This document shows, one piece after another, positions 43,480 through 56,129 of a stretch of DNA of 64,000 nucleotides. Source of the DNA: the human T2T-CHM13v2.0 reference genome, Homo sapiens. The translations under genes were made by a program, and so were the position numbers. The first letter of the stretch is position 1. Every line of letters starts with the position of its first letter. The notes under the pieces were generated by a model. That model worked only from the letters and a program-made list of their open reading frames with translations. It did not search any database and was not told where the DNA came from. Location of the stretch: NCBI RefSeq assembly GCF_009914755.1, contig NC_060932.1. One strand, written 5' to 3'.

Positions 43480-43489
43480 ATATATATAT
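43444..43489. repeat. (TG)n(TA)n microsatellite
   Basis: Direct reading. Confidence 0.95.
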
Positions 43490-43572
43490 TTTTTCTCCAT
43501 TGTTGACAATGACATAAGTAGTGAGAAATATTTCTCTGAGAAAAACAGTAGTGCAAGTGCAAAGATCTATGG

Positions 43573-43785
43573 CAGAGGTCAGCAAATTATAGCCCAATGT
43601 CAAATTTAGTCCATTGCCTGTTTTTGTAAATAAAGTTTATTAGAACACAACACATTTATTTATATATTATCTATGGCTGCTTTCATGCTGCAATGATGGG
43701 GTTGAGTACTTGCAACAGAGACAGGATGGCTCACAAAGCCTAAAATATACGTGGTCTTTTACAGAAACAGTTTGCCAATTCCCTG
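43573..43785. mobile_element. MER58A hAT-Charlie MITE
   Basis: TIRs cagaggtcagcaaa...tttgccaattccctg; gcctgtttttgtaaataaagttt; caaagcctaaaatat. Confidence 0.9.
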
Positions 43786-43829
43786 AAAATGGTAACTCAC
43801 CCAGCCTCAGTGATGAGGAGATAGAAAGT

Positions 43830-44045
43830 AGTGGTACTGTAGCAAATGGGAGAGCGTCAGCTCCATCTTATAAATGTTGCCAGATCTCCATTTGTAAGAG
43901 AAACTCAAATTTTAAATTTTATGTGAAATCTTCCTATTTTAAAAGATTGGTTCAACTCTTACTTAAACATTGTAGTCCAAACTCTCAGTATCTCTCATAT
44001 GTGTTCAGGCTAGATTTGGCCCTCAGACTCCCATTTTATGACTTA
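43830..44045. mobile_element. MER102-like hAT-Charlie fragment
   Basis: gttgccagatct...aagagaa...ttttatgtgaaatcttcc.attttaaa...gatttggccctcag. Confidence 0.65.
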
Positions 44046-45063
44046 AGTTCCTTTACTTAATTTTAGTTATTCCATTTTATAGTTTTAGGTGTTCTATTTA
44101 GTTTTCTTTTCTAAATCTACTATGTTACTTTTTATAGTTACTTTATTCCCTGTGTATATTTCCAAGCTTATTTTTTAGGTGTGATTGTTTTATAATGTGG
44201 TATTTTGTCTAATTTTATTATCTAAGTCTTTGTGAATCTGTTTTCTGTTGCTTGTTATTTCTGCTGCTTATTACTTACGGTGCCTTCTTTTCTTAAAGGT
44301 CTGCTTATCTTTGACTCTAATATGTTCATTATACTTGAAAAATTTATTTGTAGGAGTAACCTGAGGCCAAAGATTAAGGGATTCTATTTGCTTCTCTCAG
44401 GTACATGAGGGAATAAAGTCCAGGGTCACCTCTATCCAAGATGAAGTTTTCAGATTTCTTGAGCCATAGAAAGTGAATTTGAAACAACATGAGAGAGTAG
44501 GTTTATTTTAAAGTTCTAGTTTACTGTGAAGCGATTACCCTATTATATACTCAATTATGTGGGTTTAGGCTTTTAAATTTCTATGTCCCATGCTAAGTGA
44601 GGCCAACAAAATAAAAATTCACATTTGTTGAAATAGGCAAATGCTCTCAAGGCAAAAACATTTTCTTTCCTACTTACTGCATTCATTCCATTTTTCCCTT
44701 CAGTTTTGTCCTAGTAATTCCTTACTTTCTTCTTAGATCTTTGATCTTTAAAAAATATTTTTCCATATAGTTTATATTTATATATTTATTTGCATATAGT
44801 TTTGTATATATAATTACAAATATTATTTGTATTTATTTAGCATTTCTAGTTTATAGTGGGAGCATTATCCAAATAGCAATACTTCATTATAAAAAACAAT
44901 CTATTTCAACAGCTCTCACTTTATATTAATAGATGAAGTAGGTAAAGTAAATGATTCAAAGCCATGCAAATTGCACTTTGCAAAACTTGGATTAGCATTT
45001 AATTCTCCTGATTTCCAAACCAGAATTCTTTCCATCACCCACACTTTCGTTTGGAATGTTAGT

Positions 45064-45267
45064 CAGTGGTATGCTGTCAAATGTTTAACGATTATATTTC
45101 TGAAAAAAAGGTTCTGATCATTTTGTTTGCCAATTTCTGTGACATAGACACTTCCACTATGGCCAATTTTGAGTTCCCAACTTGATGACACTGAACTCAA
45201 GAATTAAGAAGAGATGTGTATAATTGACTCTCGTGAGCTGGTACAACCTGGCTTTAGCACACCACTA
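45064..45267. mobile_element. MER63A-like hAT-Blackjack MITE
   Basis: TIRs cagtggtatgctg ... tagcacaccacta; acttccactatggccaatttt. Confidence 0.8.
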
Positions 45268-45284
45268 TATCCAGCTGAGAGAAT

Positions 45285-45530
45285 TAACATTTTTTGACTA
45301 TCTGTACATGCTAGGCACTTTATTTATACCATTTGGTTTAATTTTCACAACAATATTGCCCGAATGTTATTACCAGGATTACAATTTTATAGATAAGAAA
45401 CTTGACATTCAGAAAGATAAAGCTACTCAGTCAAAGTCACATAGTCAGCAAGTGGCAGAACCAATATTTGAAATCAGGTTTGTGAGATTACCAAAGCCAG
45501 TGATTTTCCAGATTAGCCTGTACTATTTCC
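45285..45530 (-). mobile_element. MIR SINE
   Basis: tgctaggcacttta...attttatagataagaaact...aaagtcacatag...agtggcagaacc..atttgaaatcagg. Confidence 0.8.
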
Positions 45531-45843
45531 TGAGTGGTATGATGGACTCAATTTCCCTAGAGAGGGTGGAATAATTGTGGACATAGTGGAGATTTTCTTT
45601 CCAAGTGATTCCATAAGCTGTTTTCACTTATTAACTTCTTCTGGTTTGTTTTCCTTTGGCTCTACTATGCCTTTCCGAGAAGGGTCATCCAAGTTCATGC
45701 AGATATTTTCTCATGCTTATTCTGTCTATGAAGTTTCCTAAGCTTACTCCAGAGTTCTAAACCCAAATCTACTTTCTTCCTAGGTGTTGCCCATGTCCCT
45801 TTTTTGATGCATATTTAGCCCTGGTTTCTTGAGAGCATTTGTC

Positions 45844-45890
45844 TATCCATCCATCCATCCATCCATCCATCCATCCATCCATCCATCCAT
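45844..45890. repeat. (ATCC)n tetranucleotide, at the tail of an antisense L2 fragment
   Basis: About 11 ATCC units followed by gtgccagacactgtgcaaggttctgg. Confidence 0.93.
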
Positions 45891-46964
45891 AATAGTGCCA
45901 GACACTGTGCAAGGTTCTGGAATATATAAATTAATGTGGGAGGTTAATAGCCTCTGCCCTAAAGAAATTTTCTAACATTGAAAGAATGTCAAGAATGGAT
46001 CTCAGGATGAAAACATAGTATAAAGACATTGGTACTTCCTCCCCCAGGGAAATAAAAAAATAACCGTGTCTTACAAAATCCATGGAGTTTTTAAACCTGA
46101 GAAATCAAAGTAGCCTAGTTAGGAAGCTGGTTTTCTCCCACTTTCCTATGTTCTCTATTTTGTAAGCAGCTCCTACACTGAGAGGGAAGGAACATATTTT
46201 AAAGTGACAGGGAGACAAACTAGCATTCTCCAGTGGTCCTCCCACTTCCAGCTGCAGAGGGTGCCCCCTTTGACCTAGTTGAGACCCATTTAACTCATCC
46301 ATTTCGAAGGATGGGGACTAAGTTCCCCATATACTACTCCCAGCTGCAAATTCCTAGTCTTATTCCCCATTTTCAGTAATGATTTAATGTAAATGTATTT
46401 AAAATAATAATCATGTGCTCCCTCTGCCCTCCACAGCTGTGGCTTCCTACTTTGAATTGCATTTGAACTGTGATTAATACATGTGTTTAAAGAAACAGTC
46501 ATTTCTCCCTTTTTTTTCCTTCCTCATAGCTGTATTTTCCCACCCTAGCAATTCCTCTTCTATCCCTATTACCTATACATATTTTAGTTCCAGACCTCAA
46601 AGAAAAATTTTAAAAATACTGGATCTTGTAACTAAGCTTTCTTTATGTTTCACAAGTGTCTTGATACTGTGGTTTCATACCAAAATCCAGAAACTTACTT
46701 GAACAGATATATTCACATGTATCAAAGTCATGTGAATATCAAAGTCCTGCTGAAAAATGCCTGGTGGCCACAGCTCTTCCTTGCATTAACAAAGACAATT
46801 TCCCATCTTCCTTCTTGACACTGAAGTGGAGCAGAGTGAGCTCCATAGTTCAGAGCATTTCCAGAATCTTAGGTGCAGAAGCTTGTATCCTCTGTTAATG
46901 GAGCATTCTCCTCTTCACATCATGTTAAGGAGTGAAATTTCAGAAGATCTCCCAGGACCATGTA

Positions 46965-47200
46965 TTTTTTTTTAATTGAAGTGTAATTTACATAACATAA
47001 AATTAACCATTTTAAAATGTACAATTCAGTGGTATTTAGTACATTCACAGTGCTGTGTAACCACCACCTCCATTTACTTCCAAAATATTTTCATCACTCT
47101 TTAAAGGAGACTCCATGCCCATTAAGCAGTCATTGCCCATTTCCCTCTCTCCTTATCTCCTGGTTTCTCCTGGAAACCACTTATCTGCTTTCTGTCTCTA
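46965..47200 (-). mobile_element. L1MB-like 3' end fragment
   Basis: ttaattgaagtgtaatttacataacataaaattaaccattttaaa.tgtacaattcagtgg.atttagtacattcaca...ccattaagcagtca. Confidence 0.88.
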
Positions 47201-47219
47201 AAGAAGGGCCTATTTCTTG

Positions 47220-47510
47220 GAGGGAAGTGTCAGCCATACTACTCATTCAAACAACTTCTGAATGTGGTTTCTTCCACGGTTGAGTGATGAAGGTCTCGAA
47301 GCCACAACTGTCTGGCAACAAGATGGCACTAACACATTGTGCTCTGCAGTGGATGATGGATTGGACCTGGATCTGACATGGCCCAAACTTCTTGAACCAG
47401 ATTTAACATGTGACAATTTGAACACTGTGAGAAAAAAAAAAAAAAAATTCAACTCCTCCCAGCCCTGACTGAAGATCTAGCAATAAGCTGTCAAGGACTA
47501 ACTGAAGTTA
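47220..47510 (+). mobile_element. Decayed Tc1/mariner-superfamily transposase fragment
   Basis: Ordered motifs across frames: WFLPRL..EGLE...VWQQDG, H-C-A-L (frameshift), G*WIGPGS, WP....PDLT-CD. Confidence 0.6.
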
Positions 47511-48034
47511 GTCATCAGCATGGAAAAAGATGCCAAAATAACACAGGGAAAACATAAAAACTGGATGGTGACTGAGGAGAGGAACCTACAGAAAATTTCT
47601 AAATACCAAGCCCAGAGATTTTGTAATGTCTCTGTACAAAATCAAAACAGAAGAATTCTTTAGCAATCCTAGACTTAGTCCTGATCCTGTGTCCTCTCTT
47701 CTACTGGACTAATTGTGAAAGTGCACAAACTGGGGAGGGTTGAGCCTTGTTTCTCTCCGCATTACAGTGTTTCCTTGGTGACCCACCCCCACCACTCCAT
47801 GTGGTCTCTAGGTCATTAGTTCCGAAGAGTTTTAACAGATGTTATGTAAAAATGGTTTCATGATTTGTTTGTTCGTGTATTCATTTTCTCATTCATTTAT
47901 TTACCAAGTGTTTACTAAATTCTTCTAGTATACTTAGCACTACCCTAGGTGCTGAAGATGAAAGGGTAAACACATCAGAAAAACCAAGTTTGTAATTTAG
48001 AACAGTTATCTTTACTACAGATTCTTCCAGGACC

Positions 48035-48372
48035 TTTTTTTTTTTAATTTTTTTTTAGACAGTGTCTCACTCTTGTCACTTAGGCTGAAGTTCTGTGGTG
48101 CCATTACAGCTCACTGCAGGCTCGATCTCCTGGGCTCAAGCGATCCTTCTGCCTCAGCCTCCCAAGCAGCTAGGACTACAGGAGTGCGCCACTGTGCCCA
48201 GCTAATTTTTTTTCTTTACTTTTTTTTCTTTTTTTTTGGTAGAGATCTCAAAAATTTTGTAGGGGTCTCACTATGTTATCCAGGCTGATCTTGAACTCCT
48301 AGGCTCATGTGATCCTCTCACTTCAGCTGCTCAAAATGCTGGGATTTCAGGCATTAGCTGCTGTACCTGGCC
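48035..48372 (-). mobile_element. AluJ
   Basis: cagctcactgcag..tcga.ctcctgggctcaagcgatcct...ggggtctcactatgtt are J diagnostics. Confidence 0.93.
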
Positions 48373-48539
48373 TCTAAATTTACTAAGACCACATGAATTG
48401 TGAAGCTTCAAGAGGAATTTAAAAGAATTTCTCTGAGAAGGATTTGACCACATGGAGCTTGTATTCTTTTGAATCACATTGGGAAATGCATTAAGTACAA
48501 AAAGTTTCTTTTTCTAGAATTTTCTATTGCCACTATGAT

Positions 48540-48760
48540 CTAATTCCCCAAGCAGGTCCCCTTATGATTCTCTGTAATAGAGAGATTTTTTTTTCTTCAG
48601 AGCACTTACCAAAGTCTGAACTTATATGTTTATTTTTGGATCGACTTGTTTATGCTTATCTCTGCTCCTGTACTGCTAGCTCCAAGAAGACATCATACAT
48701 GACACCTAGCAGGCACTCAGGAAAAAATATGCATCCATTGAATGAATAAATGAATTTACC
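48540..48760 (+). mobile_element. L2 3' end
   Basis: agcacttacca...acttgtttatgcttatctc...agcaggcactcaggaaaaatatg...ttgaatgaataaatgaat. Confidence 0.7.
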
Positions 48761-48959
48761 TATCTATTACCTTCATCAATTTTACCCAGTGTTTTTATTT
48801 CTCTAAGATACAGGGACACCATAGAAGAATACCGGGCAGATGGGCTACCACAGATAAGGGCTGCATATAAGGTCACATTTTTTTTAATTGGGTTTAGTGA
48901 TTGCTGTAGGAAATGAAAGACTTTATTTTTAAAAAGCATCTGTACTCAACAGATGATAA

Positions 48960-49210
48960 TATTAAAATAATAACTAACATTTTTGGTATTATTATTTGAC
49001 TCTATTGTAAGTACTTTTATGTGGAATAACTCACTTAATCATTATAACAACCCTATACTGTAGACATTATTATTATCTCTTCTTTGGCATTGAGAAAACT
49101 TAATGGTGAGGTTAAGTACCTTGTTTAAAGCTACATGGCTGGTAAATGGCAGCACCAGGATTCAAACTCTGGTAGTCAGGGTCCATACCCTATGCTATAA
49201 TGCTTTAACA
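48960..49210 (-). mobile_element. MIR SINE
   Basis: ataataactaacattt...aactcacttaatc..tataacaaccctat...gaggttaagtaccttg...ggtaaatggcagcaccaggattcaaactc. Confidence 0.85.
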
Positions 49211-50106
49211 TTTGTACTATAACACTATCATACTCTTGGAGTGGTAATATTCTCCTATCCTTGGGGCAAAACCAACTTTCACAGCACTTCAATATTAGCT
49301 AGGAAAAACAATTGCATCTGTGAAAGTTTCAATAGCTAGATGTTGCGAAGATACTGCCAATCTTAGAACATTTTTAAGAGTTCATTATATTTCTCTGATT
49401 ATTCTGTGGTGTATCTGGGATTGAACTCAGGTAGTCTTACTCCAGTATCCCACAATAATTAACCATTAAATCGTACTGACTCAGGATATTTGCTGCCAAT
49501 GCTCTGTTGAATACATATTATTCCCTTGAGAAAGTTTTTCTATTTTCTTTATTTCTCTTTGTGACTTTGGTATCTGGTTTTTTGTTTAATTGGTTGTGTG
49601 TGTGCACATATGAATATGTTTAAATTTTAGCTCTAGTTGAGAAAAGTTTCAAAGGATTGAAAGGCTTAGGTCTTCTTGCCTTAGAAAGAGTTTCTGCTGG
49701 TGTTAATTTGCTGAGTAAAGTGGAAGGGGAGAAATTGGTGACCAGTAGGCTTGGGATCTAAGGGACAGCATAGCAGCAGGCCTGGATCTCCAGTGAGGAA
49801 GGAATTTCCTCATTCTTTAAATAGAATGAGGAGACCAGGTCACAGAATAGAAGGAGAGAGCCCCAGGCAGATGGGTTAGGAGATTGCATGTGTGCTGCTA
49901 TGTTCCTGAAAGGAGGCAGAGGATGGCAACATTTAGCAAGGAGGTGAACTTCACAGGAGCATATCAAGATGACTAGAAAGGGAAGAGTGGAGTGGAAGAT
50001 CATTTGAATGGTTGTTTCCATTTTAAGGGTGAGGAAATTCAGTCTCGTCAGGTGCTGCCTGGCTCATAGACACACGCCTAACTAATTATTTTAACTATTG
50101 GTAACG

Positions 50107-50233
50107 CAGAGCTCCTCAAACTCTACTGCACATGCAAATTGGTCTGTAGAAGGGCCCAAGATTCTGCAGTTCTAACAAGCTCCAAAGTGACGCCAGTGCT
50201 GCTGGTTTGCAGACCACACCTTGAATAGCGAGG
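50107..50233. mobile_element. MER5A-like fragment
   Basis: ggcccaagattctgcagttctaacaagctcc..gtgacgcc..tgctgctggtt...gaccacaccttgaatagc. Confidence 0.8.
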
Positions 50234-50659
50234 TAGCCTTGTACTCAATCTTCAGATGAGAAGTAACAGTTCTCATTCATGGACACTTTTGTATAATTGG
50301 GTGTATCTGTTTACACTATCCTCTGAATGGAGGTCTTGATGGAAATAAGGGAGAGAGAATAAAAAGAGAATCATCTTGTCTCAGAAGAGGGATCTCAGGA
50401 AAAGCTTCAGTGCAGCTTGACAGCAGCTTGAGAGAACTGAATTCTCTGCGAATAGGTTTATAGAGGGAAGCCAGGCACTAGAAGAGATACACAAAAGGGC
50501 CCTGTAAATAAAATAAAACGAAAAAACCCCAAACTAGAACCAGTGTGGGTTACAACTGAGGAAACACATTAAAGCACAGTTCTAAACAAGATAAGCAATA
50601 GCACCTTGGGGCATACTATGGAAATGTTAAAAAAAAAAATGCCTATTACATTGCCTAGT

Positions 50660-51052
50660 TGTCTTAGTCTGCTACAGCTGCTATAAAATATTCCACAGAC
50701 TAGATAGCTTAAGCAACAGAATTTTTTTCTGACAGTTCTGGAGGCTGAGAAGTCCAAGAGCAAGGTGTCAGCAAGGTAGGTTTCAGGTTGATGCCTCTTT
50801 ACTCAGCTTGGGGGTGGCTGCCCTCAAGCTGTGTGCTCACGTGGCCCCTTTGTGTGTATATGGAGAAAGAGAGAGCTCTGATGTTTGACCCTCTTCTTAT
50901 AAGGACACCAGTTCTACCAGAATAGGGACCCACCCTGATGACCTCATTTAACCCTAATTACCCCTTTAAAGACTCTATTTCCAAATACAGTCACATTGGG
51001 GATTAAAGCTTCAACATATAAATTTGGGGGGGACAAAATTTAGTCCATAACA
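50660..51052 (-). mobile_element. MLT1A/A0-like MaLR solo LTR
   Basis: tgtcttagtctgct...acagttctggaggctgagaagtccaaga.caaggtg...tcttcttataaggacacca...ggggacaaaatttagtccataaca. Confidence 0.92.
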
Positions 51053-51675
51053 ACTAATATACAGTAGATATTCAATAAGTTTCAAGTAGATTAATATCCT
51101 TAGTGGAAGGACTGTGTCTTATGAATTGTTGTGTGACCATATAGTGGCATATAATAGTTATTTAATAAACAATTGCTAAATAACTAAATGAGACATTGAA
51201 AACTCTGGTGTCCCAAAACCAGAGATAACACATTATGTAGTTTGGGTGCTGAGTGCTAACAGCTACAAAACTACAAACTGCATTTCTGAAGCACCATGTG
51301 GAGGAACTTCTGATTGGTCACACTTGCACTTTGTGATAAACACCACAAGGTCATCTTTGAATAGGAAGGATAACAATTAATAATCTACTCTCAGAGAGTG
51401 GATCACCTCCCATTTACTTTTACTAGTTTATCCATAATGTGTTCTTTTGGGTCCTTAGCAATCTGTCATCTTTGAACATGTTTTCAACAAGTAAAAATTA
51501 AAATATACATATTGTTCCACTGTTACTTGGCAAATATTGAACCAAGGTAAAAACATCTTCTAATTTTCTTTCCTTGCCCTCTGCTCCCATATCATTCAGG
51601 ATGCAATGACAGCATTTCATTAGCATTGAGAGAGTGCTCTTGAATACTATCTTCTTGTAAACATACTTAATGTAG

Positions 51676-52116
<441 letters not shown>

Positions 52117-52687
52117 TCATGCTTTTCTTCCTCCCAGGAGCCTGGGTGCCATTTAACAATTGCCTCTTCGCTGATTCAACAGGAAGGCCATAGTCTCCTA
52201 CCCACACACAAAAAACTGCAGCTGATTCCAGGAATGTGAAGGAGGGGCGGTCATGCCCAGAGTTTCTCCAAAGGAAAAAATTCAAAATTTAGGAAAGGAT
52301 TCTGAGTCTTTGTGGGAGAAGAGAATAGGAATGGGTAGGGGAGACATTTTATATGTTTTTGTCCTGCTAACTTTTAAAGGAGGGTCTTTCCCAAATTGTC
52401 TCTCCAGATTTCTTTATTAGCACAACAGGCTTTTAGTTAGACAGAATAATATGGGAAGGAAGGAAAGTAGGATTTTCAGATTACATGTACTTTACTGGTA
52501 ACATTTCAAAAACTTGGTGGGGGTTGGGTAGGGCAAACAGAGTATTGCCATCATTTTAGTTTGCCAAATGAAGATGTTACAAACACACACACACACACAA
52601 CTAACATCTGCTACAATGACCACTTCACAAGAGAAAGGGCATTTTAATATAATAGTCTTTTACAAGAGACAAGAATTGGCAAACATG

Positions 52688-52688
<1 letters not shown>

Positions 52689-52724
<36 letters not shown>
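52689..52724. repeat. (CA)n microsatellite
   Basis: About 18 CA units; a shorter run lies at about 52583-52598. Confidence 0.97.
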
Positions 52725-52727
<3 letters not shown>

Positions 52728-54949
52728 ATGTTCACACACACATATCCTCCTCATTTTTCTTATTTTGCTGTGGGCTTGTTAAGATTTAATCTTAGACAGC
52801 ACTGGTAAGTTTATGACTGTTCTGAAACCATGGAGCTAGGTAATTTCTAGGGCTGCCTGAGGTCTAAGATTCTGTAATTTAATAAATCTGACATCATATC
52901 ATTCTCTTTCTTGCATACCCCATGAATATCTCAAGCAACAGAGTCATGACTCACAGAACTAAAACACACAGACATTACTAAACATAACACACACACGTGA
53001 AAAATAGAAAACATATAAAGATATTGCACTGCTCCATGAGTGTTTCTCCTTCTTGGCCTAGGTTTGTTTTTTTATTTTTTATTTTATTTTATTTTATTTT
53101 TTGCCAGGACACAAATTCATTCATTCAACAAAGCGTGTAATTGGCCATTTTCAAGGTCCAATAAATGTCCAATTTCATAAAAGTTGCTTCAAGTTAAAAG
53201 TGTGGCTCAATCCTGTAATGTGGCCAGAACCAAAAAGAGTTTCTTCTAAAGAAATTTCATGAGGAATTTGCAACACAGTGTGTTTATTACATAAGTTAAG
53301 CTTTTTCCTACTTAAGGCATTTAAAAACACACTACATCTGATCTAGCTCCCCTTTAAACTCTTCCTACATCCTTTTTCTTTACCCTGTTCACATAAATAC
53401 ATTGCTACCCATTTCCCAATGGCCTTAATCTGATACGACATTCTGCCCACAAGAGTCTTATTATTTATCATTCACTTACTCAACTAGGTAGCAGTGCTGT
53501 CTAAATTTTGGCACTCTCCTGTTGTACTATCCTCCAGTTACTTTTCCAGTTATTCTGCACCATGAAATACCAGGGATCGTATTGTGGTTCTCCCTGGAAG
53601 AACTCCTGAAATCCTCCTGCTCCATTTGTGCCTTTGCCATAACATTCTTGAGCTTATTGTCATAGTTATTTAGTGAGGTTTCTGGTATGGGAACATTGTC
53701 TGTGTGTGGAATGTGTGTTAAATGACCAGCTGGCTCAGAAGTGCAAGAGCTGAAAGTTTCAACTGAACCGAGGGGTGAAATTAGTACCCCTTTGAATGAG
53801 AAATTTCAATATGATTGTTTTATAACTACTCAAATTCCATGTGGCCAGATTTCCCCGACTAGTCCAATCCTTTGGAGATTATAAATTGCATAGAAGATGC
53901 TCAGTGAGAGGGAGATGAAGGAGGAGATTACTGGTGCCAATGTTCCCTAGATGAAGGCAGATTGGCAGCTAATATGGTGACACGAAAGAATGTAGCAAAG
54001 GAAGGTATAATTAATGATAGTGTGGTTTAGACTCATTGGAATGTGATGAGTTTAGTTGAATTGTCCTGATCAACGTGTCATGGGTTCATAGACTTGCAAG
54101 AGATTCCCAAGGATATCTGTGGGAGGATCTTCTCAGGACTTCTTAAAATGAAGAATATCAAAAAGAATAAGAGTATTTAGGGGCCTTTTTCCACCAGTAT
54201 CCACCTCTATCTCCAGTATATAAGCAGAGTGATGTGTAGAAAAGTGGGAATAAATGTTGAAATGGGGCAAGGAAAATCATTTCAGGCTGAAAGAGAGAAC
54301 AGTGAGGTCTCTGTTAGAGAAGGATTTAGAGAAATGAGAGTAGTTGTAGAAGTCGGGATTTGTAAAGAATCGTTTCTAGTGTCTTGAAACAAGAAAGTAC
54401 CAAAGATCAGAGAATGAGAATTTTGGTTATCAAAAATAGAAAAAAAAAGTGCTCATTGAAAGTTATAAAAGAAGAAAATTACGTCTTGACTGTAAAAATA
54501 CAGATGAAATAAAAGACCATCAACAAAGCTTTATTGAGAAAAAAAGAGTGGAAAAGGTGATAGAATATGTGCTTATCAGCATTTCAGAGTGTACAAAGCA
54601 TTTGTTTACACATTGTCTTACTTGATTCACAACATAATCCCAGGCACTAAAAGGACAACTAAGATTTTTCCTTAGGAAAGGAAACTAAGACTTGGAAAGA
54701 GGGAGAAACTTCCTCAAAGTCATGGAGCAACCCAGTGGTTGGCCAATAATATCATTATCCTAAATCAGGGACCCATGTGCATTCCTCTATACAATGCTGC
54801 AAATCTGGGACTTTCCCTTTTGGCTTCAGTTCCATTCTGAACATTTGTCCACTTCTGGAGCAAAACATTGTGTATCCACTCTTTTACAGATAAAGAAAGG
54901 AATTATTTCTTTATCCACTCTTTGGAGTGGATGCACAATATTCTACTTG

Positions 54950-55172
54950 AGAAGTGGAGAAATGTTTTTTTGTAAAGAGCCAAATAGTAAATATTTTAGG
55001 CTTTGAGGGCCATAAGGTCTCTGTCCCAATTACTCAACACTGCCTTTGTAGCATTCAGCAGCTGGAGGAAATATGTAAATGAGGGGGTGTGGTTGTGTTC
55101 CAGTAAGACTGTATTTGCAAAAATAAGTAGTAGACTAGATATGATTTGCAGACTGCAGTATGCCAGCTCTTT
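54950..55172. mobile_element. MER58A (opposite orientation to the 43573 copy)
   Basis: tgtaaagagccaaatagtaaatattttaggcttt...actcaacactgcc..tgtagc...gtgtggttgtgttccagtaa. Confidence 0.88.
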
Positions 55173-55447
55173 TTCTACACCATAAGATGCCATGAATCTT
55201 GTTGTCCTTGTATAAGAGCGCCAAAATCCTTCCTCTCTGTTTTATGCCTAAAGTTTTCATCTAGAAAATTCTGGCTTTTTTAGGGCTAGGACCACTTTGG
55301 GCTTACCAATGTACTCCTACTTCTTCGTAGTGTTCAACTCAAGCAGTGTTTGACAATTATTTGTTGAATGACTTTTATATTAGTTGCATGCAATTTGCAC
55401 TCCCCTTTTGTATCTCTTCCTTTTTCTTCACTGTTTAGTATCTTCTT

Positions 55448-55990
55448 GTTTAGCACATTTTATTTTTCAAAGATGGCTGCAACAATATCTCCTGTCCCAC
55501 GTGCTCTTACGATGTTATGGTGACACACCTCCCATTAAGAGTTAGGAGACTATGTTCCCTCCCCTTGAATATAGGTAGGCTTGTGATGACAGCAAAAGTG
55601 ATGTTATGTGACTTCTGAGGCTAGGTCACAGAAAGTGACACTGCTTTCACCTGGTTCTCTTGGAACTTTCAGTTACCATGTAAACAGTCTGACTATCCCA
55701 AAACTTTCATTCTGTAAGGGAGAGCAACATAGTTCATGTGGTGTGATCCCACAAAGAGGCCCTGAGACAACCTAGAGAGATAGAAGTGCTTGCCCAACCT
55801 CCAACTACTTAAGTTCCCCCAACTCCATCCACCTCAGCTGTCCCAGTTCCAGGCACTGTTCAACCACAATGGCATGAAAGATCCTGAGCCAAAAGCCTTT
55901 CTGTGTATCTGACCCATAAAACCTGTGCATAATAAAATGATTGCTGTCTTAATTCACTAAGTTTTTATGCAGCGATACATAACCGGAACG
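55448..55990 (+). mobile_element. MLT1G/H-like MaLR LTR
   Basis: ttttcaaagatggctgcaacaatatctcc...ccctccccttgaat...gtgacttctgaggctaggtca...aataaaatgattg...tatgcagcgatacataacc. Confidence 0.85.
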
Positions 55991-56129
55991 CCTCTCTCCC
56001 CTCTTCTTGGGGAGGTGGTGTCACATAGTAGTTAAAGGTGATGACTTCAGATTTAGTCTTTGTTTCAGTCTCAGCTTTCATGTTTTCTAACTATGGGTCA
56101 TTGTGAGATGGTTAGAGCTTTTTTCTTAA

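Noticed and set aside
53480-53681. Minus-strand exon-like segment ending in GA|GTAAGT
   Set aside because: Weak acceptor, the longest frame ends in a stop before the donor, and no recognisable peptide.
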